DNA of 64,000 nucleotides from the human T2T-CHM13v2.0 reference genome, Homo sapiens. The stretch lies in the NCBI RefSeq assembly GCF_009914755.1, contig NC_060930.1; one strand, written 5' to 3'. Positions within the stretch are counted from its first letter, which is position 1, and each line of letters opens with the position of its first letter. A program made the position numbers and the translations under genes. Positions 14,302 through 29,955 of the stretch are shown here, piece by piece. The notes beneath the pieces were generated by a model. It searched no databases. It worked only from the letters and a program-made list of their open reading frames with translations, and was not told where the DNA came from.

Positions 14302-14442
14302 GAGATTTTTAAAAATAGTTTGGCATAAGATCAAAGATTCATGTGTTGCTTTGGGTGATGCAGGGATTGTGTGAGATTTTTAAAAATAGTTTGGCATAAG
14401 ATCAAAGATTCATGTGTTGCTTTGGGTGATGCAGGGATTGTG
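14302..14442. repeat. Perfect 70-bp tandem duplication with a 1-nt spacer
   Basis: 14302-14371 is identical to 14373-14442. Confidence 0.97.
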
Positions 14443-14738
14443 GAGAGTAGTGAGAGCAGGGAAAGATGAAGGGAGTAGAAGGGCTTGAGGCTGAAGGACT
14501 AGATAAGCCTGTCAGAGTAAGACAGTAATCAGGCACTACTTTCTTATTGGAAAGCTGAATTAAAAGGTAAATAAAGAATACTTGTGACCATTACTTCTGT
14601 CACTATTATCACCACTAAAAAATGTAAGCATCACTTGGAATGGAGTTCTCCCACCTTTATTAATTTGTTCATTTCATTACTTGTAAGTGAACATATAGTC
14701 CTGCAGTTTGTATCTGCAGTGTAGTTTCTCCCATTTTT

Positions 14739-15041
<303 letters not shown>

Positions 15042-15923
15042 TAAAGGTAGCTCTTTATTTTAAAACAGGTGCTCTGATATATTCCTAGTGCTAATATGAA
15101 CTCTAGAAAGCAATTTAACAAAAACAAAAACAAAAAGGCCCTCACCTAGTAATTTACTTTTAGAATTCTTTGGACTCTATCGTAAAGAAATAATCAGAAA
15201 AACGGTTATATATTTACATACAAAGATAACCAAAGCATTATAATAGTAGTGATACCTGGAAACAAAAGTAAGTTTTTAAGAGTGGAGAATGGCAAAATAA
15301 ACTATAGCCTGTGTCTGTGTTGGATTATTTGGTACATATTAAAAATGCTTCCAAAAATAATAATTACTTAGAGAAAGGCATGTAATATGCTTGGTGAAAA
15401 AGATGTTAAACATAACCACATAACATATGCACCACATTTTACAGACTCCAAAATGTCATTGAAGGTGAGAACAGACAGGGAAGGACTCTAGGAACTTGGA
15501 CTTTGAGTCTTAGTCTCCACTCTTGAGAGAATAAAATGGTCACTAGCTCATCCATTTTTTTTGACTCTTAGCTCTGTCCTATTACAGTCTGTCGTTAACT
15601 TCTCCAGCAAAGTCTTCTCTATTTTTTGCCTGCTCTCTAGATCTTCTTTTAAACACTTCAGGGACTGCTTGAGCCTTTTGGCTGAACATCTTGTGGCATT
15701 CCATGGTAACATAACCGCACCTTCATTAAACAGTGCTTAATGCGCATCATACTCCAGACACTGTTCTAGGCTAAAACTGTAGCTAATACCATGTAGAAGA
15801 CTGAGTGGTCTCTTCCCTCACCTTAAAAGCTAGGCAAATATAGGGAAAGGAAGTCTTGCTCTCTGATGTTGATCATTTCAATGAGAAGACAAATAAAAAA
15901 ACAGCTAGGCTACAATGCAATCA

Positions 15924-16312
<389 letters not shown>

Positions 16313-16549
16313 TTAATATGGATCAAAACCGCCTGAGATGGGGGTCATCAACTTAGTAACATTTAAGTGAATCATAAAGGATACAGAGATGGTCTTATTT
16401 AGAGAGAGGAAAAGAAAAGGGCATTCCAGTTTGCCGGGAACAACAAAAAGAAGGACTTAAATCAGAAACTTTGTATGTCGTCACCCTTCAGCTCTGCTCC
16501 TTTACGTCTTGCTTTGTCCCTAGTTGGCTGTAACACCTGTGGAATATTA

Positions 16550-16764
<215 letters not shown>

Positions 16765-16899
16765 CTATACAGTGGAATTCGAGACTCTAGAAAATGGTCT
16801 GCATCATCTTTGAGATTTGCTCAAGGATATCTTCCTTCCCCATCCTTAACTGTGCCCCCAGGGAGAAGCTCTGCAGGGAGGCAGAGCAGTGAAATTATC

Positions 16900-17062
16900 A
16901 TGTTGCTAATGTGAATTGAGTGTTTTCATTCTCACAACAGCTCTCCCAGGTGGGTTGCTTCACATCTGAGGAAACCGAGATCAGAAAAAGTAAGTTGTTA
17001 ACCCCTACACGGTGGAGCCGGGTCTCAAACGTGGTCTGGCTAACTGTAGAGCCAGGCTCTTC
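16900..17062 (-). mobile_element. MIR fragment
   Basis: cattctcacaaca...gaggaaaccgagatcaga...ggagccgggtctcaaac. Confidence 0.65.
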
Positions 17063-17247
17063 AAGATTCTGTACATGAGGCAACCACTCTAACTATCCTG
17101 GGCCGCTCTTTTCTGCATGATGAATTCTTTTTTGATTTTAACTTTTTTTACATACTTATAAAAATACCTTTTTATATTTATACAGTTAATTTAAACTTTT
17201 AATATACATATAGAAAAGTACATTACCATATGTGAACTGATCAATTA

Positions 17248-17628
<381 letters not shown>

Positions 17629-17676
17629 AAAGAAACAGAAAACAACCAGTACTCCAGAAGCTGTCCTTATGTGTCA

Positions 17677-18051
17677 ATTATGACTGGACTGTCTCTCTCA
17701 AAGTTGTATGTTGAAGACCCCATTCTCAGTGTGACTGTATTTGGAGACAGGGCCTTTAAAAAGGTAATTAAGGTTAATGAGCTCATAAGGATGGGATCCT
17801 AATCCAATAGCACTGGTGTCCTAATAAGAAGAGAAAGAGACACCAAGGATGTGTGTCAACAGGTCACAGGCCCTGTGAAGATGGAGCAAGAAGGCAGACA
17901 TCTGAAGCAAAGGAGGGAGGCCAGAAATAACCAACCCTACCTGCACCTTGATCTTAGAGTTTCAGCCTCCAGAACCGGGAGAAAATACATGTCTGTTATT
18001 TAAGCCACCTAGACTAATATTTTGTTATTGCAGTGCTAGCAGACTAATATA
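17677..18051 (+). mobile_element. MLT1A-like MaLR solo LTR
   Basis: gtatttggagacagggcctttaaa...taatccaat...accttgatctt...cagcctccagaac...gactaatata. Confidence 0.8.
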
Positions 18052-18059
18052 ACGTCCTT

Positions 18060-18960
18060 AAAAGGGCTACACCTGCCCCAGGGGAACCACTATCCTGACT
18101 TCCAAGAGCATTTGTTTTTTGTCTGTTTTTGTACTTTACATCTATTGGAATCCCACAATATATCGCCTTGTGTCTGACTTCTTTTGCCCTATAATAGCTA
18201 TAAATTTCCCTTTAAGCATGGCTTTAGCTGCATTCCACAAATTTTAAGATGCTATCAGCCTTTAATTCAAAATATTTTAAAATTTTCCTTGACCTGTGAG
18301 TTATTTAGTAGTATGTCCCTTAATTTGTAAATACTTGGGCTTTTTTCCAACTATCTTTTGGTTATTGATCTTTAATTCTATTGTGGTCAGAAAACATACA
18401 CTGTAAGATTTAAATCTTTTTAAATTTATTGAGATTTGTTTTATGGGCCAGAATATGGTCTATCTTGGTGAATGTTCCATCTGCAACTGAAAAGAATGTT
18501 TCTACAGCAGCCATTGAGGTAGTGTTCTAAAGATGCTAATTAGGGAAAATTGGTTGAGAGTTGTTCAAATCTTTTATATCCTTCCTTACTGGTTTTTTTT
18601 GCCTACTTGTTCAAGTAATTACTGAGAAAAATGTAAATTTGCACTGTAACTGAAGATATGTCTGTTTCTTTTTTTTAAGTCTCTTTGGTTTTTGCTTCAT
18701 ATATTTTGAAGCTCTTTTATTAGATGTATACACATTTAGGATTACTGTCTTCTTGATGAACTAGATGTCTTTCATTGTTAAATATCCCTCATTATTGCCA
18801 CTAATCTTCCTTGCTTTGAAATCTACTATAGCCACTCCAGCTTTTAAATTATTAGTGTTTGCGTGGCATACCTTTTGCTTTTAATCTATCTGTGTCTTTA
18901 TATTTAAATATCTCCTACAAGCAACATATAATTGGGTCTTGTACTTTAGGCACTGTTAAT
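18060..18960 (-). mobile_element. L1M fragments
   Basis: T-rich antisense L1 ORF2-like text, e.g. aaatttattgagatttgttttatgggccagaatatggtctatcttggtgaatgttccat. Confidence 0.8.
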
Positions 18961-19097
18961 CAATGCCTACAAATAGTCATTTCATACCTTCTGTCTGTTT
19001 TTATAGCTATTTACTATGGGATAAGTACAATGCTCATCATTCCATTACAGATGGAACCAAAGCTATAATTTCTTCTTTTTTGAGTACGTTTTTCTTT

Positions 19098-19165
19098 TGT
19101 GTGTGTGTGTGTGGTGGCTGTATGAGAGAGAGACAGAGAGAGAGAAAGAAAGAGAGAGAGAGAGA
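19098..19165. repeat. Compound (TG)n/(GA)n microsatellite
   Basis: Seen directly. Confidence 0.85.
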
Positions 19166-19239
19166 ATCACCCTTTTTCTCTTAAGTAGCTGGTGAAGGAA
19201 TGAGAGGGTGTCCTTTTCTTTTACAGGCAGTATGGATTA

Positions 19240-19374
19240 GAGGACACCTGCATCAGAATCCTTAAGCTCTACTCTGTTCTGCTGAATCAAACTCTCTGGG
19301 GGATGGAGCCTAAGAATCTGCATTTTAACAACTCTCCATGTAATTTATGTTCTATAAAACTGAAGAGCCACTGC
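19240..19374. mobile_element. MER5 fragment
   Basis: ctgcatcagaatc...ctgaatcaaactctctgggg...gaatctgcattttaacaa...ccactg. Confidence 0.65.
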
Positions 19375-19695
19375 CTTGTAGAAAAAACTCTTTCTTATCT
19401 TCCCTGAGTTTCAGCAGTCAGACTGGTAACTTGGAGGGCCAGGAATATAATGTGGGTGGCGCGCGAGTGGGTAGGGAGGGGGCATAAATGGGAAAGGCCC
19501 TGAGAAAGTCCTCACCCACTCTCTGGTGCTTTTGCTTCCATGTGATCCAGCTCAGCTCACCAAGTAGGAAGAGAACAGAGAGAAATTTGGAATCAAAGCC
19601 ATAGCAAGTACGGGGCTTTTATCCTGGAGTTACAAGTGACGTATATGATAAAATAACTGGTATATTGTGTAGTCATTTAATAATTCTAGCATTTA

Positions 19696-20065
<370 letters not shown>

Positions 20066-20254
20066 CTACATTCTCAGTATAATATGGATAAGTGTCACAC
20101 TACATATAGGTCTATAAAACTTTTAGCATGCGAATTTTAGAAAATACTGTGCATTTGTTTGTTTGCTTAATTTAAGAGCTAGCATAAATATCATTTACTA
20201 TGGGGTAAACAGATAACAGGGAATGGTTAAATATTTACATAACATGTACTTAAT

Positions 20255-20335
20255 TACCTCTGTTTCCCCAGTGTCTAGCACAGTGCCTACTCCATAATAG
20301 ACAATTCAATAATATTTGTTGAACAAACAACTAAA
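20255..20335 (+). mobile_element. L2 3' end
   Basis: cccagtgtctagcacagtgcct...caataatatttgttgaa. Confidence 0.7.
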
Positions 20336-22529
20336 TTAAGGTGACATTATGAAATATTCTATAAGTGGGGCTGCTCATATTGCTTGCTTACCCTGGGCAC
20401 CAGAACTGACTCCCTAGTTATCTTGATTCAATTGTAGAGTCCAGCTGGTATCAATCTGGCTATAACAGCATGTACAAGTATATTTGATCATAGAATTCCA
20501 TAGAATTATAATAGTATGAACACCAGTAGGAACTCATGTTGTACAATGTGTGCTTAGAGTAGACATTAGAATGTCTCAAAAGTAGATTGTCGTTGGAAAT
20601 GACAAAAATTGTTCCACATGCCTTTAAAAATGTATAAGAAGAAAGACAAGTAGCATGTTTGAGAAATTAAAGCACTTGTATTTCATCAAAGCAAAATGTG
20701 TTTAAAGTATTGAAATTAGAGGGTTAGATACACAACCCAGCAAACACCTGAGATGGTTTGTTGGTAAATGCTAACTATGCATCAATGGAAAAGTGGTAAG
20801 CTTTCATGAAGCAGGTTATCTGCTGTGTAACTAAGACAAGGACTGGCCCCTAGATCAGACCCAAAGAAAGGGTGAGTAAAGGAACCCCAGAGCACCATAT
20901 TCCCATGGTGGACCTTTGAGATCCTAGCTAGAAGACTTCTCATGACCCCCAAGCAGACCTTCAGAATGGTAGGGAGAGCTGTGTGGAGAATACATACAGG
21001 CACTGCTTAAACCTGAGTGGATCCCAAAATGCTTCAGTGTGCTGGGCAGCTGCAGCAAAGTGTGACTCTGGGAACCACCTTCCCCCATCCCCAACAAAGC
21101 TCTGCATCCTTCCCTAAGCAGCTGCAGTTTCTGCTATCTGCCTGCAGGAGAGAGCAAAGTCCACGCATGCTCATGCACCCAAGACAGGCCCCGCTGCCAT
21201 GTGTGCATCCGAACCACATGCCCTCATGCCTGCTGGTCCCTCCCAAGACTGCCTGCCTGGCCATTCTTGCAGGGGAAGCCCAATGCATAGCCACCATCGC
21301 CCAGCCTGAGTGGTTTCTTGGTAACCTGGGAGTAGTCCACCTCTGTATCACAGCTGGTGCTTGATCCCAAGGGGCCAAAGGATAAATCTGCTGGCCTGGG
21401 TCCAGTTCTCCAGGACTGGAGCACACTGCCCAGGGGTAGGGAGATGAGATCTGTGGCCTGATCTTGAGTTGGGGAGGAAACTCAACTGTCAGAACACAGA
21501 GAAGAGTGTGAAGTGGGTTAGTGTGATGGTGTGGGGAGCTGGGCGTCCCTCCCTTCATGAGGCCAGACAGGAAAGGGTGGGGTCTCTTAGTGGCAGTTTC
21601 TACTCCACGGGTTCTAGCAGACCTGAACGCCAGGAACGGTTTGGCAATCTGGGCACAGATAGCTTGGGACTAGACTAACCAGTCAAGCCTGTTGCCCTAG
21701 CCATTTGCTGCAGGGAGAGCAAATCAGTGTGTGAGAGCTGTGCAGGCCTGCAGCCGCCTTCTAGGCTGAAAATCCCTGGCAGCCCCTGGTCCCCTGAGCT
21801 GGCTCTGTGGGGGCAGGGTAGGGGCCTGAAAGCTTCCCCTAGACCCCTGCTAAGGTCAGCACTTGTACCTGCCTTAAGAGCCTGGTTCTGGGTTCAGCTG
21901 ACCCAGGCCCTACCCAGCTTTGCTCCCTATAGCCACTTTGGTAGCAGAACGTGAGATGGGATCCCTGAAAGCCCCATGCCCTGCCCATTACCAGGGACAC
22001 ATACCCCGTTAACAAAGGTCAAGTAAAAATTCCACTGCCGTCACTGTAACTGCCTCTTATCTGCAGTTGCCACCTACTGGCAAGGAGGTCAAACTGCACA
22101 GTGTTTCACAACTACTGACATCATTGTATAGCAGTCAGCAGGCTTTTGCCCGCAAGTGCTATCTACTGGCCTGTAGGGTGAACTGCACAACCCAATATAC
22201 TTCCTGCTAACAGATGTGCACAGTGCTAAGGAAGGAGATAAGCTTCCCCAGACCTCAACTTACTCATCTCTGTAGGTGACAGACAGCCTGACCACATGTA
22301 CAGTACTCCACTACTACAACCTACAAATAACTACCATTTGAGAAAACCACACTAAGGCTATCTATAACCAAGGAATTCGTAAGGAGCCTTGGGCCCCTAA
22401 AAGCATGCAGAAACAAATCCTACCCAACACACACAGCTGTAACACCCTCAAGGAGAGAAGAAAAAATCCCACTCCAAAAGAGTAACTTCAAAAATAAAAA
22501 GTGGCAGCTTCCACGGATGAGAAGAACTA

Positions 22530-23520
22530 GCACAAGAAACCAGCATGAAGAAACAGAATTTTGTGACACCCTCAAAGGACCACACTAGGTCTGTAGCAAT
22601 GGATCCTAACCAAAATGAAAACTTTGAAATGACAGATAAAGAATTCAAAGTATGAATTGTAAGGAAGCTCAATGAGATCCAAGAGAAAGTTGAAAACCAA
22701 CACAAAGAAATCGGGAAAACAATTCAGGATAGGAAAGACAAGATAGATGTATTTTAAATACAAAAAAAAAACAAAACCAAAAAAAAAAAAACAAAGGAGA
22801 AAAAACCCTTCAGGAAATAAAAAATTCACTGAAGGAATTTTCAAAACACAATTTAAAGCTTTAACAAGAGACTACATGAAACAAAATAAAGAATTTCAGA
22901 GCTTGAAGACTGAGCTTCCAAATTAACCCAGTCAGACAAAAACAAAGAATTTTTTTAATGAAAAACACGTTTGAGAAATATGTGGTTCCATATGGTGACC
23001 AGACCTGTAATTTATAGGCATTCCTGAGGGAGAAGAAGAAAAAGTAAGAAATTTGGGAAAAGTATTTGAGGGATAATTCAGAAAAATTTCCCTGGAGACA
23101 TAGACATCCAGATACAAGAAATTTAGAGAACATCAGGAAGATATTCTACAAGATAAACATCACCAAGGCATATCATCATCAGACTATCCAAGGTCAAAGT
23201 GTAAGAGCAATCTTAAAAGTAGTTAGAAAGAAGCATCAAATCACCTATAAAGGAAATCCCATGAGACTAACATCAGACTTCTCAGCATAAGCCTTATGAA
23301 AGAAGAGATTGGGGGCCTATTTATTTTTCACCTCATTAAAGAAAAAAAAAAGTCAGCCAAGAATTTTATATCCTGCCAAACTAAGCTTCATAAATTAAAG
23401 AGAAATAGTCTTTCCTAGACAAGCAAATGCTAAGGGAGTTTATTACCACTAGACCAGTCCTACAAGAAATGCTCAAAGGAGTTCTAAACATGGAAATGAA
23501 AGGACAATACTAGTCATCAT
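22530..23520 (+). pseudogene. Degenerate L1 ORF1 (frameshifted)
   Basis: Residual peptide KKHQITYKGNPMRLTSDFSA in ORF 23066-23290 resembles L1 ORF1p. Confidence 0.8.
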
Positions 23521-23599
23521 AAAAGTACATGTAAGTAGAAAGCTCACAGAACCTATACAGCAATTATACAATTGAGACTCCAAGGCAACTAGCTAACAA

Positions 23600-26500
23600 A
23601 ATTCTAACAAGAACAAAACCTCACATGTCAATACTAACCTTGAATGTAAATGGCCTGAATACACCTCTTAAAAGACATAGCTGGCAAAACAAAACCCAAC
23701 CATCTGGTGCCTACAAGAGACCAACCTAATAGCTAAAGGCACCTGCAGACTCAAAATAAAGGAATGAAAAAAAGACATATGTGAATAGAAAACAAAACCG
23801 AGCAGGAGTAGCCATTCTTATATCAGATAAAACAGACTTTAAACCAATGACAGTACAAAAAGACCAAAAAAAGAAAAGCATTATATAATGATAAAGGATT
23901 CAATATAACAAGAAATTTAACTGTCTTAAATATATATGCACCCAACACCAGAGCACCCAGATTCATACTACTAGATCTAAGAAACTGCTAAACCTAAGAA
24001 AACAGAGTGACAACAATACAATAATAGTGAGGAACTTTGACACCCCGCTGACAACACTAAGCAGTTCATCAAAGCAGAAGATCAACAAAGAAACTCTGGA
24101 CTTAGACTAGACTCTAGACCAAAAGAAACTAATAGACATTTACAGATCATTCTTTCCAACAACCACATGATATACATTTTCTCATCTGTGCACAGAACAT
24201 TCTCCAAAACTGACCATGTGCTTGGCCATAATGCAAATCTTAATAAATTTTTAAAAATTTAAGTCATATCAAGTTTCTTCTCAGAAATAGTGGAATAAAA
24301 TTAGGAATCAATACCAAGAGAAACTCTCAAAACTACATAAGTACACAAAAACTAAGCAACTTTGAGTAAACAATGAAGTTAAGGCAGACATAAAAAATTT
24401 TTGAAATGAATGAAAATTGAGACACAACATATCAAAACTTCTGGGATACAGCAAAAACAGTGCTAAAAGGAAACTTTATAGTGTTAAATGGCTACATCAA
24501 AAAAAATCTCCAATTACCAATCTAATGTTATACCTCAAGGAACTAGAAAAGCAAGAACAAACCAAACCCAAAGAAGCAAATAACAAGAAATAACAACATG
24601 TTATTTCTTTCTTTTGCTGGCTTTGTGCTTGGTTTATTCTCAGAGCAGAGCTAAATGAGATTGAGACCAAAAAAAAATGATGTAAAGGATCAATGAAGTG
24701 AAAAGGTGGTTGATGGACAAAATTGATAGACAGCTAGGTAATTAGTCTAACCAAGAAAAAAAGAGAGGAGATTCAAATTAAGTACAATCAAAAATTATAA
24801 AGTTGGCATTACAACTGATACCACAGAAATGCATAAGATCATCAGAGATTATTATAAATCTCTCTATATATACAAACTAGAAAACCTAGAGGAAATGAAT
24901 AAATTCCTGGAAATGTACAACCTCCCAACATTTAATCAAGAAGGAATTGAAATCCTGAACAAACTAATAATGAGCAGTGAAAGTGAATAAGTAATTAAGA
25001 AAAAAAAGAAAAAAAAACAACAAACTTTCAACAAAAAAAGCCCAGGACCAGAGATTCACAGACAAATATTATGAGATATACAAGGAAGAGATGTGTATTA
25101 GTCTGTTCTCATGCCGCTAATAAAGACATACCTGAGACTGGGTAATTTATAAATGAAAACAGTTTAACTGACTAACAGTTCCACATGGCTGGGGAGGCCT
25201 CACAATCATGGCAGAAGGCAAATGAGAAGCAAAGTCATGTCTTACATGGCAGCAGGCAAGAGGAGCATGTACAGGGGAACTGCCCTTTCTAAAACCATCA
25301 GATCTCATGGGACTTATTCACTATCCTGAGAACAGCATGGGAAAAACCTGCCCTTATGATTCAATTCCCTCCCACCAGGTCCCTCTCATGACATGTAAGG
25401 ATTATTACAATTCAAGGTGAGATTTGGGTGAGGACACAGAGCCAAACCATATCATTCTGCTCCTGGCTCTTCCCAAATCTCATGTGCTCACATTTCAAAA
25501 ACCAATCATGCCTTCCCAACAGTGCCCCAGAGTCTTAACTCATTTCAGCATTAATTCAAAAGTCCACAGTCTAAAGTCTCATCTGAAATAAGGCTGGTTC
25601 CTTCCATCTATGAGCCTGTAAAATCAAAAGCAAATTAGTTACTTTCTAGACACGACAGAATTACAGATATTGAGTAAATACACCCATTCCAAATGCGAGA
25701 AATTGGCCAAAACAAATGGGCTACAGGCCCCACGCAAGTCTGAAATCCAGCAGGGCAGCCAAATCTTAAAGCTCCGAAATGACCTCTTTTGACTCCATAT
25801 CTCACATCTAGGTCACACTATTGCAAGAGGTCAGTTCCCATGGCCTTGGGAAGCTCTGTCCCTGTGGCTTTGCAGGGTACAGCTTCCCTCCCAGCTGCTT
25901 TCACGAGCTGGTGTTGAGTGTGGCTTTTCTAGGTGCATGGTGCAAGATGTCCATGGAGCTACCATTCTGGGTTCTGGAGGATAGCGGCTCTCTTCTCACA
26001 GCTCCACTAGGAAGTGTCCCAGTGGTGACTCAGTGTGGGGGTTCCCAATCCACATTTCCCTTCTGCACTGCCCTAGCAGAGGTTCTCCATGAGGGCTCTG
26101 CCTCTGCAGCATACCTCTGCCTGACCATCCAAGTGTTTCCATATATCCTCTGAAATCCCTCTGAAATCCAAGTTCCCAAATCTTGATTCTTGACTTCTGT
26201 GCACCCACAGGCCCAACACCATGTGTAAGTTGCCAAGACTTGGGGCTTGCACCCTCTGAAGCAACAGCCTGAGCAGTATGTTGGCCCCTTTTAGCCACAG
26301 CTGAAATGGCTGAGACACAGGGCACCAAATCCCTAGGCTGCACACAATAGGGGGGCTCTGGGCCTGGCCCACAAAACATATTTTCCCTTCTAGGCCTCCA
26401 GTCCTGTGATGGGAGGGGCTACTGGGAAGGTCTCTGCTATACCCTGGAGACATTTTCCCCACTGGCTTGGCAATTAACATTTGGATCCTCATTACCTATG

Positions 26501-29500
26501 CAAATTTCTGCAGCCAGCTTTAATTTCTCCTCAGAAAGTGGGGTTTTCTTTTCTATCGCATTATCAGGCTGCAAATTTTCCAAATTTTATGCTCTGCTTC
26601 CCTTTTAAATGTAAATTCCAATTCCAAACCATATCTTTGTAAATACATAAAACGGAATGCTTTTAGCAGCACCCAAGTCATGTCTTGAACACTTTGCTGC
26701 TTAGAAATTTCTTCTGCCAGATGCCCTAGATTATCTCTCTCAAGTTCAAAGTTCCACAGATTTCTAGGGCAGGGGCAAAATGCTGCTAGTCTCTCTGCTA
26801 AAACATAGCAAGAGTCACATTTATTCCAGTTTCCAACAAGTTCCTCATCTCCATCTAAGACCACCTCAGCCTGAACTTTATTGTCCATATCACTATCAGC
26901 ATTTTGGTTAAAGCCATTCAACAAGTCTCTAAGAAGTTCCAAACTTTTCCACATCTTCCTGTCTTTTGAGCCCTCCAAACTGTTCCACCCTCAGCCTGTT
27001 ACCCAGTTCCAGAATCACTTCCATATTTTCAGGTATCTTTGCAGTAGCACCCTACTCTACTGGTATTAGTCTATTCTCACACTGCTAATGAAGACATACC
27101 TGAGACTGGGTAATTTATAAACGAAAGAGGCTTTCTTGACTCACAGTTCCACATGGCTTGGGAGGCCTCACAATCATGGCAGAAGGCAAATGAGGAGCAA
27201 AGTCATGTTTTATATGGTGGCAGGCAAGAGGAACATGTGTAGGGGAACTTCCCTTTATAAAACATCAGATCTTGTGAGACTTATTCACTATCATGAGAAC
27301 AGCATGGGAAAAACCCATCCCCATGATTCAATTACCCCCACTGGGTCCCTTCCATAACACATGGGGATTATTACAATTGAAGGTGAGATTTGGGTGGGGA
27401 CACAGAGCCAAACCATATCAATCTGTTACCAATCTTATGGAAACTCTTCCAAAAAATTGAAAAGAAAGAATTCTGCCTAACTCATTCTACATGCAAGTGT
27501 CACTGATACCAAAATCATGCAAGGACACAACAAAAAAAAGAAAACTACAGGCTAACATTCCTGAATAACATAGATGCCAAAGTCCTCAACAAAATATTAG
27601 CAAACCAAACCACAGCACATCAAAAATAATTCATTATGATTAAGTGAGTTTTATTCCAGAGTTACAAGGATGGTTTGACACTCACAAATCAATAAATGTT
27701 ATTCACCATCTAAATAGAATTAAAAACAAAAAAAATATGATCATCTCAATAGACGCATACAAAGCATTTGATAAAATCCAACATCCCTTCATGATAAAAA
27801 TCCTCAACAAACTAGACATTGAAGGAACATACCACAAAATAATAAGAGGCATATATGACAAACCCACAGGCAACATCATACTGAATTGGGAAGAGTTGAA
27901 AGCATTTCCACTAAGAACTGGAACAAGACAGGGATGTCCACTCTAACCACTCCTATTCAACGTAGTACAGAAAGTCCTAGCCAGAGCAACCAGACAAGAG
28001 AAAGAAATAAAAGGCATTCAAACTGGAAAAGAAGAAGTCAAATTATCTCTGTTTGCTGATGACATGATCCTGGAGACTCCTTCAAAAGACTCCTAAACTT
28101 GATAGCTCCAGTGAAATTTCAGGATAAAAAAATCAATGTACAAAAATCAGTAGTATTTCTATACACCAATAATGTTCCAGCTGAGAACCACATAAAGAAT
28201 TCAGTCTCATTTACAATAGCTACAAAAAATTAAATACCTAGGAATAAATTTAATCAAAGTGGTGAAAGATCTCTACAAGGAGAACTACAAAATGCTAATG
28301 AAAGAAGTCATTGACGACACAAATGGAAAAACATCCCATACGCACGGATTGGAAGAATGAATATTATCAAAATGATCATATTGCCCAAAGAAATCTACAG
28401 AGTCAATGCAATTCCTGTCAAAGTGCCAATGTCTTATTCACAGAATTAGAAAAAAAAATCCTACAGTTCATATGAAACCAAAAAAAAGCCCAAATAGCCA
28501 AAGCAATCTTAAGCAAAACCAAAACAAACCAAAACAAAAAAACAAAATCAAAGCCAGAGGCAACACATAACCTGACCTCAAATTAAATAAAACTATAGTA
28601 ACTAAAACAGCCTGAGACTAGTAAAAAAATAGACATGTAGATCAATGGAATAGAATAAAGAATCCACAAATTAAGCCACATAGCTACAACCAATTGATCT
28701 TTGACAAAGTCGACAAAAATAAATGGGAAAGGATACCCTATTCAATAAATAGTGCTGGAAAAATTGGCTAGCCATATGCAAAATAATAAAACTGGACTGC
28801 TATCTCTCACCATATACAAAACTTAACTCAAGATGGTTTAAAGAGCTAAACGTAAAACCTGAAACTATAAAAGTTTTAGAACAAAAACCTAGGAAAAACT
28901 CTTCTGGACATTGGCCTAGGCAAAAAATTTATAATGAAGACCCCAAAAGCAAATGCGACAAAAATAAAAATAGACAAATGGGACTTAATTAAACTAAAAA
29001 GCTTCTGCACAGCAAAAGAAATAACAGAGTAAACAGATAATCTACAAAATAGGAGAAAATATTTGCAAATTATTCCTCCAACAAGGGACTAATATCTAGA
29101 ATCTACAACGAACTCAAACAACTCAACAACTTTTTAATGAGTTTTTAAAAAGTGGGCAAAGGACATTAACAAATATTTCTCAAAAGAAGACATACAAGAA
29201 GCCAATAAAATATGAAAAGATGCTCAAAATCACTAATCATCAGAGAAATGCAAATTAAAACCACAGCAAGATATCTTACATAGGTCACAATGACTATTAT
29301 TAATAAGAGAAAAACAAATGTTGGCATGGGAGTGAAGAAAAGAGAATCCTTATATACTGTTGGTGGGAATGTAAATTAGTACAGCCTTTATGGAAAACAG
29401 TATGAGATTTCTCCATAAACTGAAAATAGAACTACCATTTGATCCAGCAATCTACTACTTGGCATCTACCCAAAGGAAAAGAAATCATTATATTAAAAAG

Positions 29501-29590
29501 ACACTTGCACTGTATGTTTATTGCAGGATTATTCACAATAGCAAAGTCATGGAATCAACCTAAGTGTCCATCAACAGTTGATTGAATAAA
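23600..29590 (+). pseudogene. Degenerate L1 ORF2 (endonuclease/reverse transcriptase), interrupted by THE1
   Basis: Endonuclease start ...PHMSILTLNVNGLN near 23620; RT fragment 27644-27946 with [18 protein letters not shown]...[11 protein letters not shown]; many stops and frameshifts. Confidence 0.9.
25094..27420 (-). mobile_element. Complete THE1 (THE1C-like) MaLR provirus: LTR-internal-LTR
   Basis: Two ~360-bp direct repeats (25094-25454 and ~27063-27420) ending ccaaaccatatca, with a ~1.6-kb MaLR internal region. Minus ORF 26553-26978 is the typical MaLR internal ORF remnant. Degenerate 5-bp TSD agatg/atctg. Confidence 0.92.
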
Positions 29591-29602
29591 GAAAATGTAG
29601 TT

Positions 29603-29893
29603 CAGCTGGGCGCGGTGGCTCATGTCTGTAATCTCAGCACTTTGAGAGGCCGAGGCGGGTGGATCATGAGGTCAGGAGTTCAAGACAAGCCTGGCTAAGA
29701 TGGTGAAACCCCATCTCTACTAAACATACAAAAATTAGCTGGGCATGGTGGTGGGCGACTATAATTCCAGCTACTCAGGAGGCTGAGGCAGGAGAATCGC
29801 TAGATCCCGGGAGGCAGAGTTGCAGTGAGCCGATATCGTGCCACTGCACTCCAGCCTGGGTGACAGAGTGAGACTCCACCAAAAAAAAAAAAA

Positions 29894-29948
<55 letters not shown>
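29603..29948 (+). mobile_element. AluSg-like, inserted in the L1 3' region
   Basis: ggatcatgaggtcaggagttc...aagatggtg; TSD aaagaaaatgtagt at 29588-29601 and 29949-29962. Confidence 0.92.
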
Positions 29949-29953
<5 letters not shown>

Positions 29954-29955
29954 AA
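29881..29955. repeat. A15(GAAA)15 tetranucleotide STR derived from the Alu tail
   Basis: Perfect GAAA periodicity from 29896 to 29955. Confidence 0.95.

Noticed and set aside
21000-22000. GC-rich host promoter or CpG island
   Set aside because: CpG-depleted and contiguous with L1 ORF1; best explained as the L1PB 5'UTR
27644-27946. Functional reverse transcriptase gene
   Set aside because: A 100-aa stop-bounded remnant of a heavily mutated L1 ORF2 that is interrupted by THE1
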